DNA from: Chitinophagales bacterium
GTDB taxonomy: Bacteria > Bacteroidota > Bacteroidia > Chitinophagales > BACL12
Direction: 5' to 3'
DNA length: 64,000 nt
Assembly (NCBI GenBank): GCA_041751015.1
Contig: JBGSYF010000017.1
Coordinates: 4,913 to 68,912 of the forward strand
Position 1 is the stretch's first letter. Each line of letters opens with the position of its first letter. The position numbers and the translations under genes are program-made. The notes beneath the pieces are model-generated. The model had not been told where the DNA came from and made no database searches. It was given only the letters and a program-made list of their open reading frames with translations. Positions 45,397-54,262 of this stretch are shown in pieces.

Positions 45397-46935
45397 TTAC
45401 AATTTTCTTAACATCTGATTCATGTCTACGCGTTCCCGAACAATGTCGGAAACCCGCTCTACCGGGATGCGCTCCTGGGTCATGCTGTCCCGCTCGCGGA
45501 TGGTTACGGTTTGATCGCTGAGCGTATCGTGGTCAACCGTGATGCAGTATGGTGTGCCGACCGCATCCATGCGGCGGTAACGCTTGCCGATGGAATCCTT
45601 CTCTTCGTAGGCACAGTCGAACTCAAAGCGGAGCTTGTTGAAGATGTCCAGCGCAGCTTCGGGAAGACCGTCTTTGCGAAGGAGAGGAAAAACCGCAACC
45701 TTGATCGGTGCCAGAGCCGGGGGCAACTTGAGTACAATGCGCTTGTTGTCTCCTTCCAGGCTTTCTTCCGTGTAAGCCTGGCAGAGTACGGCCAGAAATG
45801 TGCGGTCGCAGCCGATGGAGGTCTCCACCACATAAGGCACATAGTGCTGATCCAGTTCAGGGTCAAAGTACTGCAGCTTCTTGCCGGAGAGTTCCTGATG
45901 CCTGCTCAGATCAAAGTCGGTTCGGCTGTGAATGCCCTCCAGCTCCTTAAAGCCAAAGGGGAAATTGAATTCGATGTCCACAGCGGCATCGGCGTAGTGG
46001 GCCAGATTCTGGTGATCGTGCCAGCGCAGATTCTCGGCCGGGGTTCCCAGGGCCCTATGCCAGGCCATGCGCCTCTCCTTCCAGGTTTCATACCATTCCT
46101 TTTGGGTACCCGGGCGTATGAAAAACTGCATCTCCATCTGCTCAAACTCCCGCATTCTGAAGATGAACTGCCGGGCCACAATCTCATTTCGAAAGGCCTT
46201 GCCGATTTGGGCAATTCCGAAGGGGATACGCTGACGGCTCGTATTGAGCACGTTGAGGAAGTTGACGAAGATGCCCTGCGCGGTTTCGGGGCGCAGGTAG
46301 ATGGTGGCCGCATCGCCGGCGACGGAGCCCAGTTTGGTGTCAAACATGAGGTTGAACTGCCGAACCTCGGTCCAATTTTTGGAGCCGCTCTCCGGGCAGG
46401 CTATACCCAATTCCTCGATCAGGGACTTGACATCGGCCAGGTCTCCGGAGGCCAGGGAGGCAGCGGCCCGCCCTTCCACCGAGTCTATCTTCTCCTGGCT
46501 GCGCAACACATTGGGATTGGTAGCCCGGAATTGGGCTTCATCAAAGCTGGCCCCAAACTTAGTGCGCCCCTTTTCTACCTCTTTGTTGATCTTCTGGCGC
46601 ATTTTCTCGACGTGCTCCTCGATCAGCACATCGGCCCGATAGCGCTTTTTACTGTCTTTGTTGTCGATCAACGGATCGTTGAAGGCATCAACGTGACCGG
46701 AGGCTTTCCAGGTCTTGGGATGCATGAAGATGGCGGCGTCCAGCCCGACGATGTTTTCGTGGAGCTGAACCATGCTCTTCCACCAGAAGTCCTTGATGTT
46801 GCGCTTCAAATCAGCGCCGTTTGGCCCGTAATCGTATACGGCACCCAGGCCGTCGTAGATCTCGCTCGAAGGGAAAACAAATCCGTACTCCTTGGCGTGG
46901 GAGATGATTTTCTTGAAGGTATCCTGATCAGACAT
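45397..46935 (-). CDS. glyQS: glycine--tRNA ligase (homodimeric class II type)
   Basis: FVFPSSEIYGG-like start (GFVFPSSEIYDGLGAVYDYGP), RPETAQGIFVNF, FRNEI, GIGLDR-like IGCDR and a C-terminal anticodon-binding domain. Confidence 0.95.
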   Translation of the reverse strand: MSDQDTFKKIISHAKEYGFVFPSSEIYDGLGAVYDYGPNGADLKRNIKDFWWKSMVQLHENIVGLDAAIFMHPKTWKASGHVDAFNDPLIDNKDSKKRYRADVLIEEHVEKMRQKINKEVEKGRTKFGASFDEAQFRATNPNVLRSQEKIDSVEGRAAASLASGDLADVKSLIEELGIACPESGSKNWTEVRQFNLMFDTKLGSVAGDAATIYLRPETAQGIFVNFLNVLNTSRQRIPFGIAQIGKAFRNEIVARQFIFRMREFEQMEMQFFIRPGTQKEWYETWKERRMAWHRALGTPAENLRWHDHQNLAHYADAAVDIEFNFPFGFKELEGIHSRTDFDLSRHQELSGKKLQYFDPELDQHYVPYVVETSIGCDRTFLAVLCQAYTEESLEGDNKRIVLKLPPALAPIKVAVFPLLRKDGLPEAALDIFNKLRFEFDCAYEEKDSIGKRYRRMDAVGTPYCITVDHDTLSDQTVTIRERDSMTQERIPVERVSDIVRERVDMNQMLRKL

Positions 46936-46940
46936 GGGCG

Positions 46941-46948
46941 CAAAAGTA
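46941..46948 (-). promoter_or_regulatory. -7 promoter box (TACTTTTG on the minus strand), 5 nt upstream of the glyQS ATG
   Basis: Plus-strand CAAAAGTA. Exact TAnnTTTG. The spacing implies a leaderless or near-leaderless mRNA. Confidence 0.45.
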
Positions 46949-46974
46949 CGGCAAGGCCTGCGCTTGCCGGCAAG
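46949..46974. repeat. three-arm palindromic element CGGCAAG n7 CTTGCCGGCAAG
   Basis: The arms GGCAAG / CTTGCC / GGCAAG allow two alternative hairpins. CTTGCCGGCAAG is a perfect 12-bp palindrome. It lies directly upstream of the glyQS -7 box. Confidence 0.5.
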
Positions 46975-47030
46975 GAGCAGCGCAGTACAAAGGGCTTTTA
47001 GCCTTCTGTGCCGACCTGCTGCATTGTGTC

Positions 47031-47038
47031 TATTTTTG
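47031..47038 (+). promoter_or_regulatory. -7 promoter box (TATTTTTG) upstream of gldA
   Basis: Exact TAnnTTTG, 89 nt upstream of ATG 47128. The leader contains GC-rich pairing (GCCGGGC ... GCCCGG). Confidence 0.4.
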
Positions 47039-47127
47039 CCGGGCTATGCCTTTGGCAGGGCGAAGGGCCGCGTAGCTGCCAAGTCACTTTGCCCGGGTTC
47101 CAAGTCTCCTTCCCTCGAAAAGCCTCC

Positions 47128-48090
47128 ATGTCTGTACAGGTCGAGCATCTGAGTAAAATCTACAGTGAGCAACGCGCGCTCGACGATCTGAGTTTTTCGG
47201 TCAGCGCCGGTGAGATCGTGGGCTTCCTGGGTCCAAACGGGGCGGGAAAGTCCACGACGATGAAGATTCTGTGCGGGTACATTCCCCAGACATCGGGCAA
47301 GGCCAGCGTCTGCGGTTTTGATGTCGAAAAGCAGAGTCTGGATGTGCGCAGGCGAACGGGTTATCTGCCGGAGCACAACCCGCTTTATCTGGACATGTAC
47401 GTGGTGGAATACCTCGACTTCGTGGGGCGTATCTTCAATCTTCGAAACCGGGAGGCCCGGGTCAGGCGACTGATTGATCGCACCGGTCTGGGTCCGGAGC
47501 AGCACAAGACCATCCGGCACTTGTCCAAGGGCTATCGGCAACGCGTCGGTCTGGCTCAGGCCATGCTCAACGATCCGGAGGTGCTCATCCTGGATGAGCC
47601 CACCAGCGGACTGGATCCCAATCAATTGGCGGACATAAGGCAATTGATCAGGGAATTGGGCCGGGAGAAGACCGTCATCCTTTCGACCCATATCATGCAG
47701 GAAGTGCAAGCCATCTGCAGCCGCGTGATCATCATCAACAAGGGCAAACTGGTGGCCGACGATTCTACCGATCAGTTGTCTGCCGCCCACGGAGGTCGTG
47801 TTTCTTTGACCGTTTCGTTCAAGGAAGAAGTGAGCATGGAGCAATTGAGTGCCCTGCCGGGCGTACACAAGGTGAGCAATGCGGGACAGCGGCGCTGGAA
47901 GCTCGAATTGGATGAGCGCCCGCTCAGTGAAAAGGGTCGCTCCGCAGAAGAGATGATCTTTCGCTTTGCTGTTGATCAGGGACTGACCCTCATGAGCTCG
48001 GAAAAGGAGAAACGCAATCTGGAAGATGTCTTTAGGGATCTGACCAGCGCTGTGCCCGACGGCGCTGCAAGCTCCGGATCAGCTTCCTGA
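47128..48090 (+). CDS. gldA: gliding motility-associated ABC transporter ATP-binding subunit GldA
   Basis: GFLGPNGAGKSTT, LSKGYRQRVGLAQA, LILDEPTSGLD. Followed by GldF- and GldG-like genes. ATG 47128 is preferred. Confidence 0.85.
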   Translation: MSVQVEHLSKIYSEQRALDDLSFSVSAGEIVGFLGPNGAGKSTTMKILCGYIPQTSGKASVCGFDVEKQSLDVRRRTGYLPEHNPLYLDMYVVEYLDFVGRIFNLRNREARVRRLIDRTGLGPEQHKTIRHLSKGYRQRVGLAQAMLNDPEVLILDEPTSGLDPNQLADIRQLIRELGREKTVILSTHIMQEVQAICSRVIIINKGKLVADDSTDQLSAAHGGRVSLTVSFKEEVSMEQLSALPGVHKVSNAGQRRWKLELDERPLSEKGRSAEEMIFRFAVDQGLTLMSSEKEKRNLEDVFRDLTSAVPDGAASSGSAS

Positions 48091-48119
48091 ACCACCCAGC
48101 ATTTTAGTATGACTGCCTT

Positions 48120-48851
48120 ATGATAGCCATCTTCAGAAAAGAAATCAACCTCTTCCTCAGCAGCCTGATCGGTTACATCGTCATCGCGATCTTTCTGCTG
48201 GTCAATGGGCTGATCTGCTGGGTCTTTCCGGACTCCAACATTCCGGACAGCGGCTATGCCACCCTGGAGCCCCTGTTTCAGTTCGCGCCCTGGGTGTTTC
48301 TGTTTCTCATTCCCGCCATCACCATGCGCTCCTTTGCCGAAGAGAACGACAATGGCACCATGGAGTTGCTGGCAACCAAACCCCTGACCGATGCGCAGAT
48401 CATCGGGGGCAAGTTCTTCGCCGCTTTGTTCCTGGTGGCATTTTCCATACTGCCTACCCTGGTCTACTTTGCGGCCATCAGCGCCCTGGCCTCTCCTCCG
48501 GGCAATGTTGATACGGGTGGAATCATCGGTGCGTACATCGGCTTGTTGCTGTTGGGCGCCGTCTTTGTCGCGGTGGGCATGTTCAGTTCTTCGCTGACCC
48601 ACAACCAGATTGTCAGTTTTATCGGGGCCATGTTCGCCTGCTTTGTGCTCTTTCAGGCTTTTGATTCCCTGGCCGCGCTACCGATCAGTGTGGGCACAGC
48701 CGACCGTATACTGCTGGATCTGAGTCTGGGATCGCACTACCGCAGCATGTCTCTGGGCCTGCTCGACAGCCGCGATATCATCTATTTCGGCAGCGTTATC
48801 GCCTTGTTCATCCTGTTGACCAAAACTGTTCTGGGCAGCCGTCGCTGGTAA
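48120..48851 (+). CDS. gldF: gliding motility-associated ABC transporter permease GldF
   Basis: ABC-2 type permease with 6 TM. Starts MIAIFRKEINLFLSSLIGYIVIAIFLL. Sits between gldA and gldG. Confidence 0.8.
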   Translation: MIAIFRKEINLFLSSLIGYIVIAIFLLVNGLICWVFPDSNIPDSGYATLEPLFQFAPWVFLFLIPAITMRSFAEENDNGTMELLATKPLTDAQIIGGKFFAALFLVAFSILPTLVYFAAISALASPPGNVDTGGIIGAYIGLLLLGAVFVAVGMFSSSLTHNQIVSFIGAMFACFVLFQAFDSLAALPISVGTADRILLDLSLGSHYRSMSLGLLDSRDIIYFGSVIALFILLTKTVLGSRRW

Positions 48852-48872
48852 GGCGCCGCACAACGCATCAAC

Positions 48873-50612
48873 ATGGAAAAACGAGTTCGAAACCGCCGCC
48901 TGGCATTTACCCGATTGCTCTTGCTCACGGCCATTTTGGTGGTGCTCAACCTGATCAGTTCGGCCTTCTATGTGCGCCTTGACCTTACGGCTGAAAAGCG
49001 TTTCAGCATGGCCGAACCCACCAAAGAGTTGCTTAAAAACCTGGATGATATCATCTCCATCACGCTGTATCTGGATGGAAATCTGCCGCCTAACCTGGCC
49101 CGACTTCAGGCCGAAACCGTGAGGCTGCTGGAGCAGTTTGAGGATCTTTCCAACGGCAATCTGGTCTTCCGCATCCGCGATCCCAACAGCATAACAGACC
49201 GGGACATGCGCCTGTCTCTCTATAAGGAATTGCAGGAAAGGGGAATTTTCCCTGTGGAATTCCGGGCGGCAACTTCGGCAGAAGGCCTTTCGCAGCGCTA
49301 TGTCTTTCCATACGCCGATCTCGAGTATAGAGGCGGTGAGCCCCAACCCATATTACTGCTCGATTACCCCCAGCCTGTACTGACGCCGCAGTTCAATCCC
49401 GAGGCCGCGGTAGCCATGCTGGAGTACAATCTGGCCAAGGCTATTGTGCAAGCCACCCGCCCTTTCAAACCCCGCATTGCCTTCATAGAAGGTCAGGGCG
49501 AATGGGATTCTGTCCAGGTCATGGACCTGGCCTATTCCCTGTCGGAGTTCTACCAGGTAGATCGCTTTGACCTGAATATGGTCAATCAGATCGATACGAA
49601 CTATTCCACCCTGATTCTGGCTGGATCCTCCCGGGCCTTCTCCATGGTCAATCAGTATAAGCTGGATCAGTTCCTCATGCGGGGCGGAAGCCTGTTCTGG
49701 TGTCTCGATGGGGTACAGGCCGACTTTGACAGTCTGCGCAGAAGCGGGGAGTTCTTCACGGCGCCCTTCCCCCGAAACATTGAAGACATCTTGTTTCAAT
49801 ACGGCGTGAGAGTCAATGAAGATCTGGTGCAGGACCGTCAGTGTTCGCGCATTGCGGTGCCGATGGGCAATAGCGGACAGTTTGACAACCGCCCCTGGCC
49901 TTACGACCCCATCATCACCAATGTCAACAGCGCCCACCCGATCACCCGCAATCTGGATGCGATAGAGGGCCGATTTGTCTCCACGGTGGATACCATCTCC
50001 GTGCCGGGCATAGAGAAAACGGTGTTGCTCAGCAGCTCGGCCAATTCCCGCACACTACCCGATCCGGTCAGGGTTAGATTCAATCTGCTGGTCAAGCCCT
50101 TGAGCGACGAGCAGTACAACCGCAGCGATCTGCCACTGGCCGTTCTATTGGAGGGTTCATTCCCATCGGCTTTCAGAAACCGCCGCGGCATAGCCGATCC
50201 ATTCAGCAGCCGCGGGGTGGGCGCAGACCAGTTCATAGATCAAGGCCAGCCTGGCCGGCAGATCATCGTCGGAGATGCGGACATGGTTCGCAATGCGGTG
50301 GCGGCGGATGGGCGCATCGCACCATTGGGTCTCAATCAGATTGAGCAGTATATTTTTGCCAACAAGGACTTTGCACTCAATTGCATCGAGTACCTCAGCG
50401 ATGAGAGCGGTTTGATGGAGAGCCGGGCCAAGGTCTTGAGGCTCAGACCATTAGATGCCCGCAAAGTCAGTGAGAGTCGCAATTACTGGCCTTTTTTCAG
50501 CGTTGTTGCACCGTTGATCATCCTTTTTCTTTTCGGGGGAATCTACAATGTCATCCGCTACAGGAGATTTGGACAGGTAGCTCCGTCTCAAACCAAACCA
50601 CAAAACGCTTAA
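48873..50612 (+). CDS. gldG: gliding-associated ABC transporter accessory component GldG
   Basis: N- and C-terminal TM anchors flank a large periplasmic domain (RLDLTAEKRFS start typical of GldG). Confidence 0.8.
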   Translation: MEKRVRNRRLAFTRLLLLTAILVVLNLISSAFYVRLDLTAEKRFSMAEPTKELLKNLDDIISITLYLDGNLPPNLARLQAETVRLLEQFEDLSNGNLVFRIRDPNSITDRDMRLSLYKELQERGIFPVEFRAATSAEGLSQRYVFPYADLEYRGGEPQPILLLDYPQPVLTPQFNPEAAVAMLEYNLAKAIVQATRPFKPRIAFIEGQGEWDSVQVMDLAYSLSEFYQVDRFDLNMVNQIDTNYSTLILAGSSRAFSMVNQYKLDQFLMRGGSLFWCLDGVQADFDSLRRSGEFFTAPFPRNIEDILFQYGVRVNEDLVQDRQCSRIAVPMGNSGQFDNRPWPYDPIITNVNSAHPITRNLDAIEGRFVSTVDTISVPGIEKTVLLSSSANSRTLPDPVRVRFNLLVKPLSDEQYNRSDLPLAVLLEGSFPSAFRNRRGIADPFSSRGVGADQFIDQGQPGRQIIVGDADMVRNAVAADGRIAPLGLNQIEQYIFANKDFALNCIEYLSDESGLMESRAKVLRLRPLDARKVSESRNYWPFFSVVAPLIILFLFGGIYNVIRYRRFGQVAPSQTKPQNA

Positions 50613-50632
50613 GGAAGCGCCGAAAAACGGCC

Positions 50633-51664
50633 ATGAAACAGATTCTGATCTACAGCTTAATCCTGATTGCGCTCGGACTGGTTTTGTGGTTTGGCGTGAT
50701 CAATCGCTCAACGGGCAGCCGGGTTCTGACCAAAAACGCCTTCGCCTACGCCGATACGGCCTCCATCTCCAAGGTGTTTCTGGCCGATTTGGGCGACAAA
50801 CAAATCTTGCTGGAACGCCAGGTCGGGGGAAGCTGGATGGTCAACGGCAAGTTTTCTGCCCGCAGAGATGCGGTCGAGACCCTGCTCTACACCATTGCCC
50901 ATATGGAGACCAAGCACCCCGTAAACAAGGCTCAATACGACCTTGCAATTCGAGAGATTGCCGGCAACCACATCAAGGTGGAATTGTACAATACCCGTGG
51001 CAAGCGTGTGATGACCTACTTCGTGGGCCCGCCAACTGTGCGCAATCGGGGCAATTTCATGAAGCTTGACCAGGGTCGGGATCCCTATGTGGTGCACATC
51101 CCCGGGCTGGATGGTTTTCTGCAAACGCGTTTCCCTGTGGATGAAAACGACTGGCGCGAAAGGGTGGTCTTTCGCTACCTGCCCGATCAGATTGAGGAAT
51201 TGAGCATACAGTACAGCCTCAATCCCGATTCAAGCTGGGTCTTGCAGCGCTTAGGTGAAAATCAATATCACTTGGAAAGCAGCCTGGACAGCAGCGGCAA
51301 GACGCTCAATCAGCGGGCCGCCATGGCTCATCTGACTCACTTTCGCAACGTCCACGCGGAGGCATTTATGAATGACTGGGTCAAGAAAGACTCCGTTTTG
51401 AATACCAGACCCATCTGCACCCTTGCCGTTCGCGATCGCTCCGGGGAAACAAATCAGGTGCTTCTGTACTTCAGACCGGTCAACCAACGCACCAAGATGC
51501 AGTTTGACCCCTTTGGCAACCCGCTGGAGTTTGAGCGGGACAAGTACTACGCCTCCTTAAACGGGGGAAAGGACTTTGCGCTCGTGCAGGACTTTGTTTT
51601 TGGCAAGTTCTTCATCGGCCCCAGCTATTTCTATCAGGCTGAGCCCGCGCAGTCCAGACCCTAA
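50633..51664 (+). CDS. DUF4340-like protein
   Basis: N-terminal TM. Its position immediately after gldG is the usual DUF4340 context. Confidence 0.65.
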   Translation: MKQILIYSLILIALGLVLWFGVINRSTGSRVLTKNAFAYADTASISKVFLADLGDKQILLERQVGGSWMVNGKFSARRDAVETLLYTIAHMETKHPVNKAQYDLAIREIAGNHIKVELYNTRGKRVMTYFVGPPTVRNRGNFMKLDQGRDPYVVHIPGLDGFLQTRFPVDENDWRERVVFRYLPDQIEELSIQYSLNPDSSWVLQRLGENQYHLESSLDSSGKTLNQRAAMAHLTHFRNVHAEAFMNDWVKKDSVLNTRPICTLAVRDRSGETNQVLLYFRPVNQRTKMQFDPFGNPLEFERDKYYASLNGGKDFALVQDFVFGKFFIGPSYFYQAEPAQSRP

Positions 51665-51778
51665 AGGCTTCTGGCTCAGGCCTGCCTGAGAGGAATAGGA
51701 TATGAACGTGCGTCGGCTTTGGCCCAAACTTGACCAATTTCGGTCATAGCCGCCCACTGCGGCCCCGAGATCTGGCAT

Positions 51779-51787
51779 TTATCCACA
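51779..51787 (+). promoter_or_regulatory. perfect DnaA-box consensus TTATCCACA upstream of dnaN
   Basis: Read directly from the sequence. It is 75 nt upstream of the dnaN ATG and 47 nt upstream of the -7 box. It is the only perfect copy noticed in this intergenic region. Confidence 0.45.
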
Positions 51788-51833
51788 AGCTTCAATGAAG
51801 TTTTGAATTCATTCGCCTTTAGGTCGAATCATT

Positions 51834-51841
51834 TACCTTTG
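51834..51841 (+). promoter_or_regulatory. -7 promoter box (TACCTTTG) upstream of dnaN
   Basis: Exact TAnnTTTG, 20 nt upstream of ATG 51862. Confidence 0.5.
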
Positions 51842-51861
51842 TCGGGCACAAATCGCGTCGA

Positions 51862-52980
51862 ATGAAGTTTATCGTATCCGCCTCCGCCCTGCTGCGGCAA
51901 TTGCAGTTGATGAACGGGGTGATCAGTACGAATACCGTCCTGCCCATTCTGGAGGACTTTTTGTTTGAAATCAATGGAAATGAACTCCGGATTTCCGCAA
52001 CGGATCTGGAAACTTCCATGAGTTCCAGCATTGTCATTGAATCCAAAGACAAGGGCAAAATTGCCATTCCTGCCCGGATCCTGGTCGATGCCCTCAAGAC
52101 CTTGCCCGAACAACCACTCAGTTTCAAGGTTGATGAAAAGACTTACGCGGTTGAAGTCAGCACAGACAACGGCAAGTTCAAAATCAGCGGTGAAAACGGA
52201 GATGATTTTCCCCGTATTCCCGTTCCGGAAAACGTCACGGGGCTCAGCATGCCCTCGGGCGGTTTGCAACGGGCCATCAACAAGACCCTTTTTGCCGTCA
52301 GCAATGACGAATTGCGACCGGCCATGACGGGAGTTTACTTTCAACTTGAAACAGATGGTCTGACCTTCGTGGGCACCGATGCCCACAAGCTGGTTCGCTA
52401 CAAGCGAATGGATGTGGTCAGCGCGGAATCCGCCTCCTTTATTGTGCCCAGAAAGGCCCTGAGTCTGCTCAAGTCCGCTCTTCCTGCAGAGGAAACGCCG
52501 GTGGGAATCTCCTTCAACAATTCCAATGCCTTCTTCCGCTTTAATCAGGTGGACCTGATTTGCCGATTGATCGATGCGCGTTACCCGGACTACAACGCGG
52601 TGATTCCCAGAGAGAACCCCAATACCCTGATGGTCAACCGGGCGGAGTTGCTCAATACTCTCAAGCGGGTCATGATCTTCTCCAACAAGACTACCCATCA
52701 GGTCATGTTGAAGATAGCCGGCAGCGATCTGCAACTCTCCGCCAAAGACCTGGATTTCTCCAATGAAGCCAGCGAACGCCTCAACTGCGAGTACGACGGA
52801 GAAGACATGGAGATCGGATTCAACGCCCGCTTTCTATTGGAAATGGTCAATGCCCTGGACAGCGAACAGGTGCAATTTGAGCTCTCCACTCCCACCCGGG
52901 CCGGCCTGCTCCTACCCGCCGACAAAAGCGACAGCGAAGCCCTGCTGATGCTGGTCATGCCGGTGATGCTCAACAACTGA
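51862..52980 (+). CDS. dnaN: DNA polymerase III subunit beta
   Basis: MKFIVSASALLRQLQLMNGVISTNTVLPILEDFLF, three-domain clamp length (372 aa), C-terminal LLMLVMPVML-like end. Confidence 0.93.
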   Translation: MKFIVSASALLRQLQLMNGVISTNTVLPILEDFLFEINGNELRISATDLETSMSSSIVIESKDKGKIAIPARILVDALKTLPEQPLSFKVDEKTYAVEVSTDNGKFKISGENGDDFPRIPVPENVTGLSMPSGGLQRAINKTLFAVSNDELRPAMTGVYFQLETDGLTFVGTDAHKLVRYKRMDVVSAESASFIVPRKALSLLKSALPAEETPVGISFNNSNAFFRFNQVDLICRLIDARYPDYNAVIPRENPNTLMVNRAELLNTLKRVMIFSNKTTHQVMLKIAGSDLQLSAKDLDFSNEASERLNCEYDGEDMEIGFNARFLLEMVNALDSEQVQFELSTPTRAGLLLPADKSDSEALLMLVMPVMLNN

Positions 52981-52991
52981 GCCCAGACTAG

Positions 52992-53047
52992 CACAGCCGT
53001 CAGCATAGCCGCCCATTCGATTGAGTTTACTCGGCTGTGTTGTTTTT
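52992..53047 (+). terminator. long-loop hairpin plus T-rich run after dnaN
   Basis: CACAGCCG (32-nt loop) CGGCTGTG followed by TTGTTTTT. It overlaps the 3' end of the convergent gene. Confidence 0.4.
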
Positions 53048-54178
53048 CTCCAGTTGATTTTCATTGCTTTCATGTTCGCTTTGATGGCTCTCCTTTTCGC
53101 TTTCGTGGCCGGAACAGGATCGCCCCTTGATCTTTCCTTTGCTGTACGCCACATCGATAGCTTTCTCCATCAGTCTTTCCATGGGGTGAGAGGGAAACAG
53201 ATCGCCCTCGGGTAAGGGAGGACGACCGGCATCGATCCAGGCGCTGAGCCAGAAACTGCCTATTGCAAGAATAGACGCTCTCATTCTTCGCTCTACCATA
53301 CCATGTAAAATTGTATGGTATTGATAGGAGTAATCCCGTGAATACACCCGCATGACCACCTGACCGCGCTCTTCAAAGGAATATCGGGCATCTGGCCGCA
53401 CGGCTTCCGACAATCGCTTTTCAAACAACAACACGCTGTCCACCGCGGCAGAACTGGCCAGGGCAACTGACCAGATATGCCCGGAGATGTCCCGAATGTA
53501 TGTTGCTCTTCCTGTTAGATAATCGTAATCTTCGGCATACAACTCCGGAAGCCGGCTTTCCCAAAAACCGTGGATGCCGTGTTGTCCCGTAAGACCGCCA
53601 TTGTAGTTCTCCGTACAGTGCAGGGGAACATGTAAGTCGCCCAGGTAATGACCTAGATCGGTCGAGTGGCGCAGGATTCGTCCCAGATGCCCATCGCGAA
53701 AGGCCGCTCGAAGCATGGCCATAGTTCGCTCGATATGCCAGGGGGCTATACCGTTGTTGATCAAGCGCTCTTCGCCAAACAACTCCAGCGCTTCGTCCCA
53801 GTCTCTGGGCAGAGTATCATGGGGCCATGGACCATAGCGATCAAGATCGATGAAGTGCCTGGGCGCCTCTTCGGCAAAGGCATATCGCCGCTTGTCGGGA
53901 TCGACAGCGTGCTCTTCCAGCCATGCAATATGGCGTTTGTAAAAGCCAAAGAGTTCGGACTCCGGGAGCGTAAACACGGCCATGCGGTTAATGCGCCGGT
54001 GTCCAAAAAAACCCCAGGCTGGCCCGGTAGACCCATGAGTCAGAAGAACTCCATGAGAAAGCGAAACGCTGTGCGTGTTTGTGCCCTGCAGCGAAAAACC
54101 CGCAAGCACAAAAAGGAGCAGCAGCCCGGGACGGGAGAGGTTAGAAAGACTGATCATGGCGGCAAACTCCGAAAACAA
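53027..54178 (-). CDS. zinc-dependent phospholipase C / S1-P1 nuclease superfamily protein
   Basis: Signal peptide, then WGFFGHRRINRMAVFTLP and GDLHVPLHCT metal-ligand-like motifs. His/Glu/Ser-rich C-terminal tail. The alternative start is ATG 54157. Confidence 0.65.
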   Translation of the reverse strand: MFSEFAAMISLSNLSRPGLLLLFVLAGFSLQGTNTHSVSLSHGVLLTHGSTGPAWGFFGHRRINRMAVFTLPESELFGFYKRHIAWLEEHAVDPDKRRYAFAEEAPRHFIDLDRYGPWPHDTLPRDWDEALELFGEERLINNGIAPWHIERTMAMLRAAFRDGHLGRILRHSTDLGHYLGDLHVPLHCTENYNGGLTGQHGIHGFWESRLPELYAEDYDYLTGRATYIRDISGHIWSVALASSAAVDSVLLFEKRLSEAVRPDARYSFEERGQVVMRVYSRDYSYQYHTILHGMVERRMRASILAIGSFWLSAWIDAGRPPLPEGDLFPSHPMERLMEKAIDVAYSKGKIKGRSCSGHESEKESHQSEHESNENQLEKNNTAE

Positions 54179-54262
54179 GCTTCAAGGAGTAAGCTCTGTG
54201 GGGCTTTTTTCTGATCATGTGGAAAAGTCAACGCTTAGGCCATTCGGGTTTAAATTCGCCCG

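Noticed and set aside
51665-51800. TPP-riboswitch-like fragments (CCTGAGAGG and GATCTGGCATTTATCC) upstream of dnaN
   Set aside because: The order, orientation and spacing do not fit the THI-box architecture. No thiamine-related gene lies downstream. GGCATTTATCCACA is better explained as a DnaA box.
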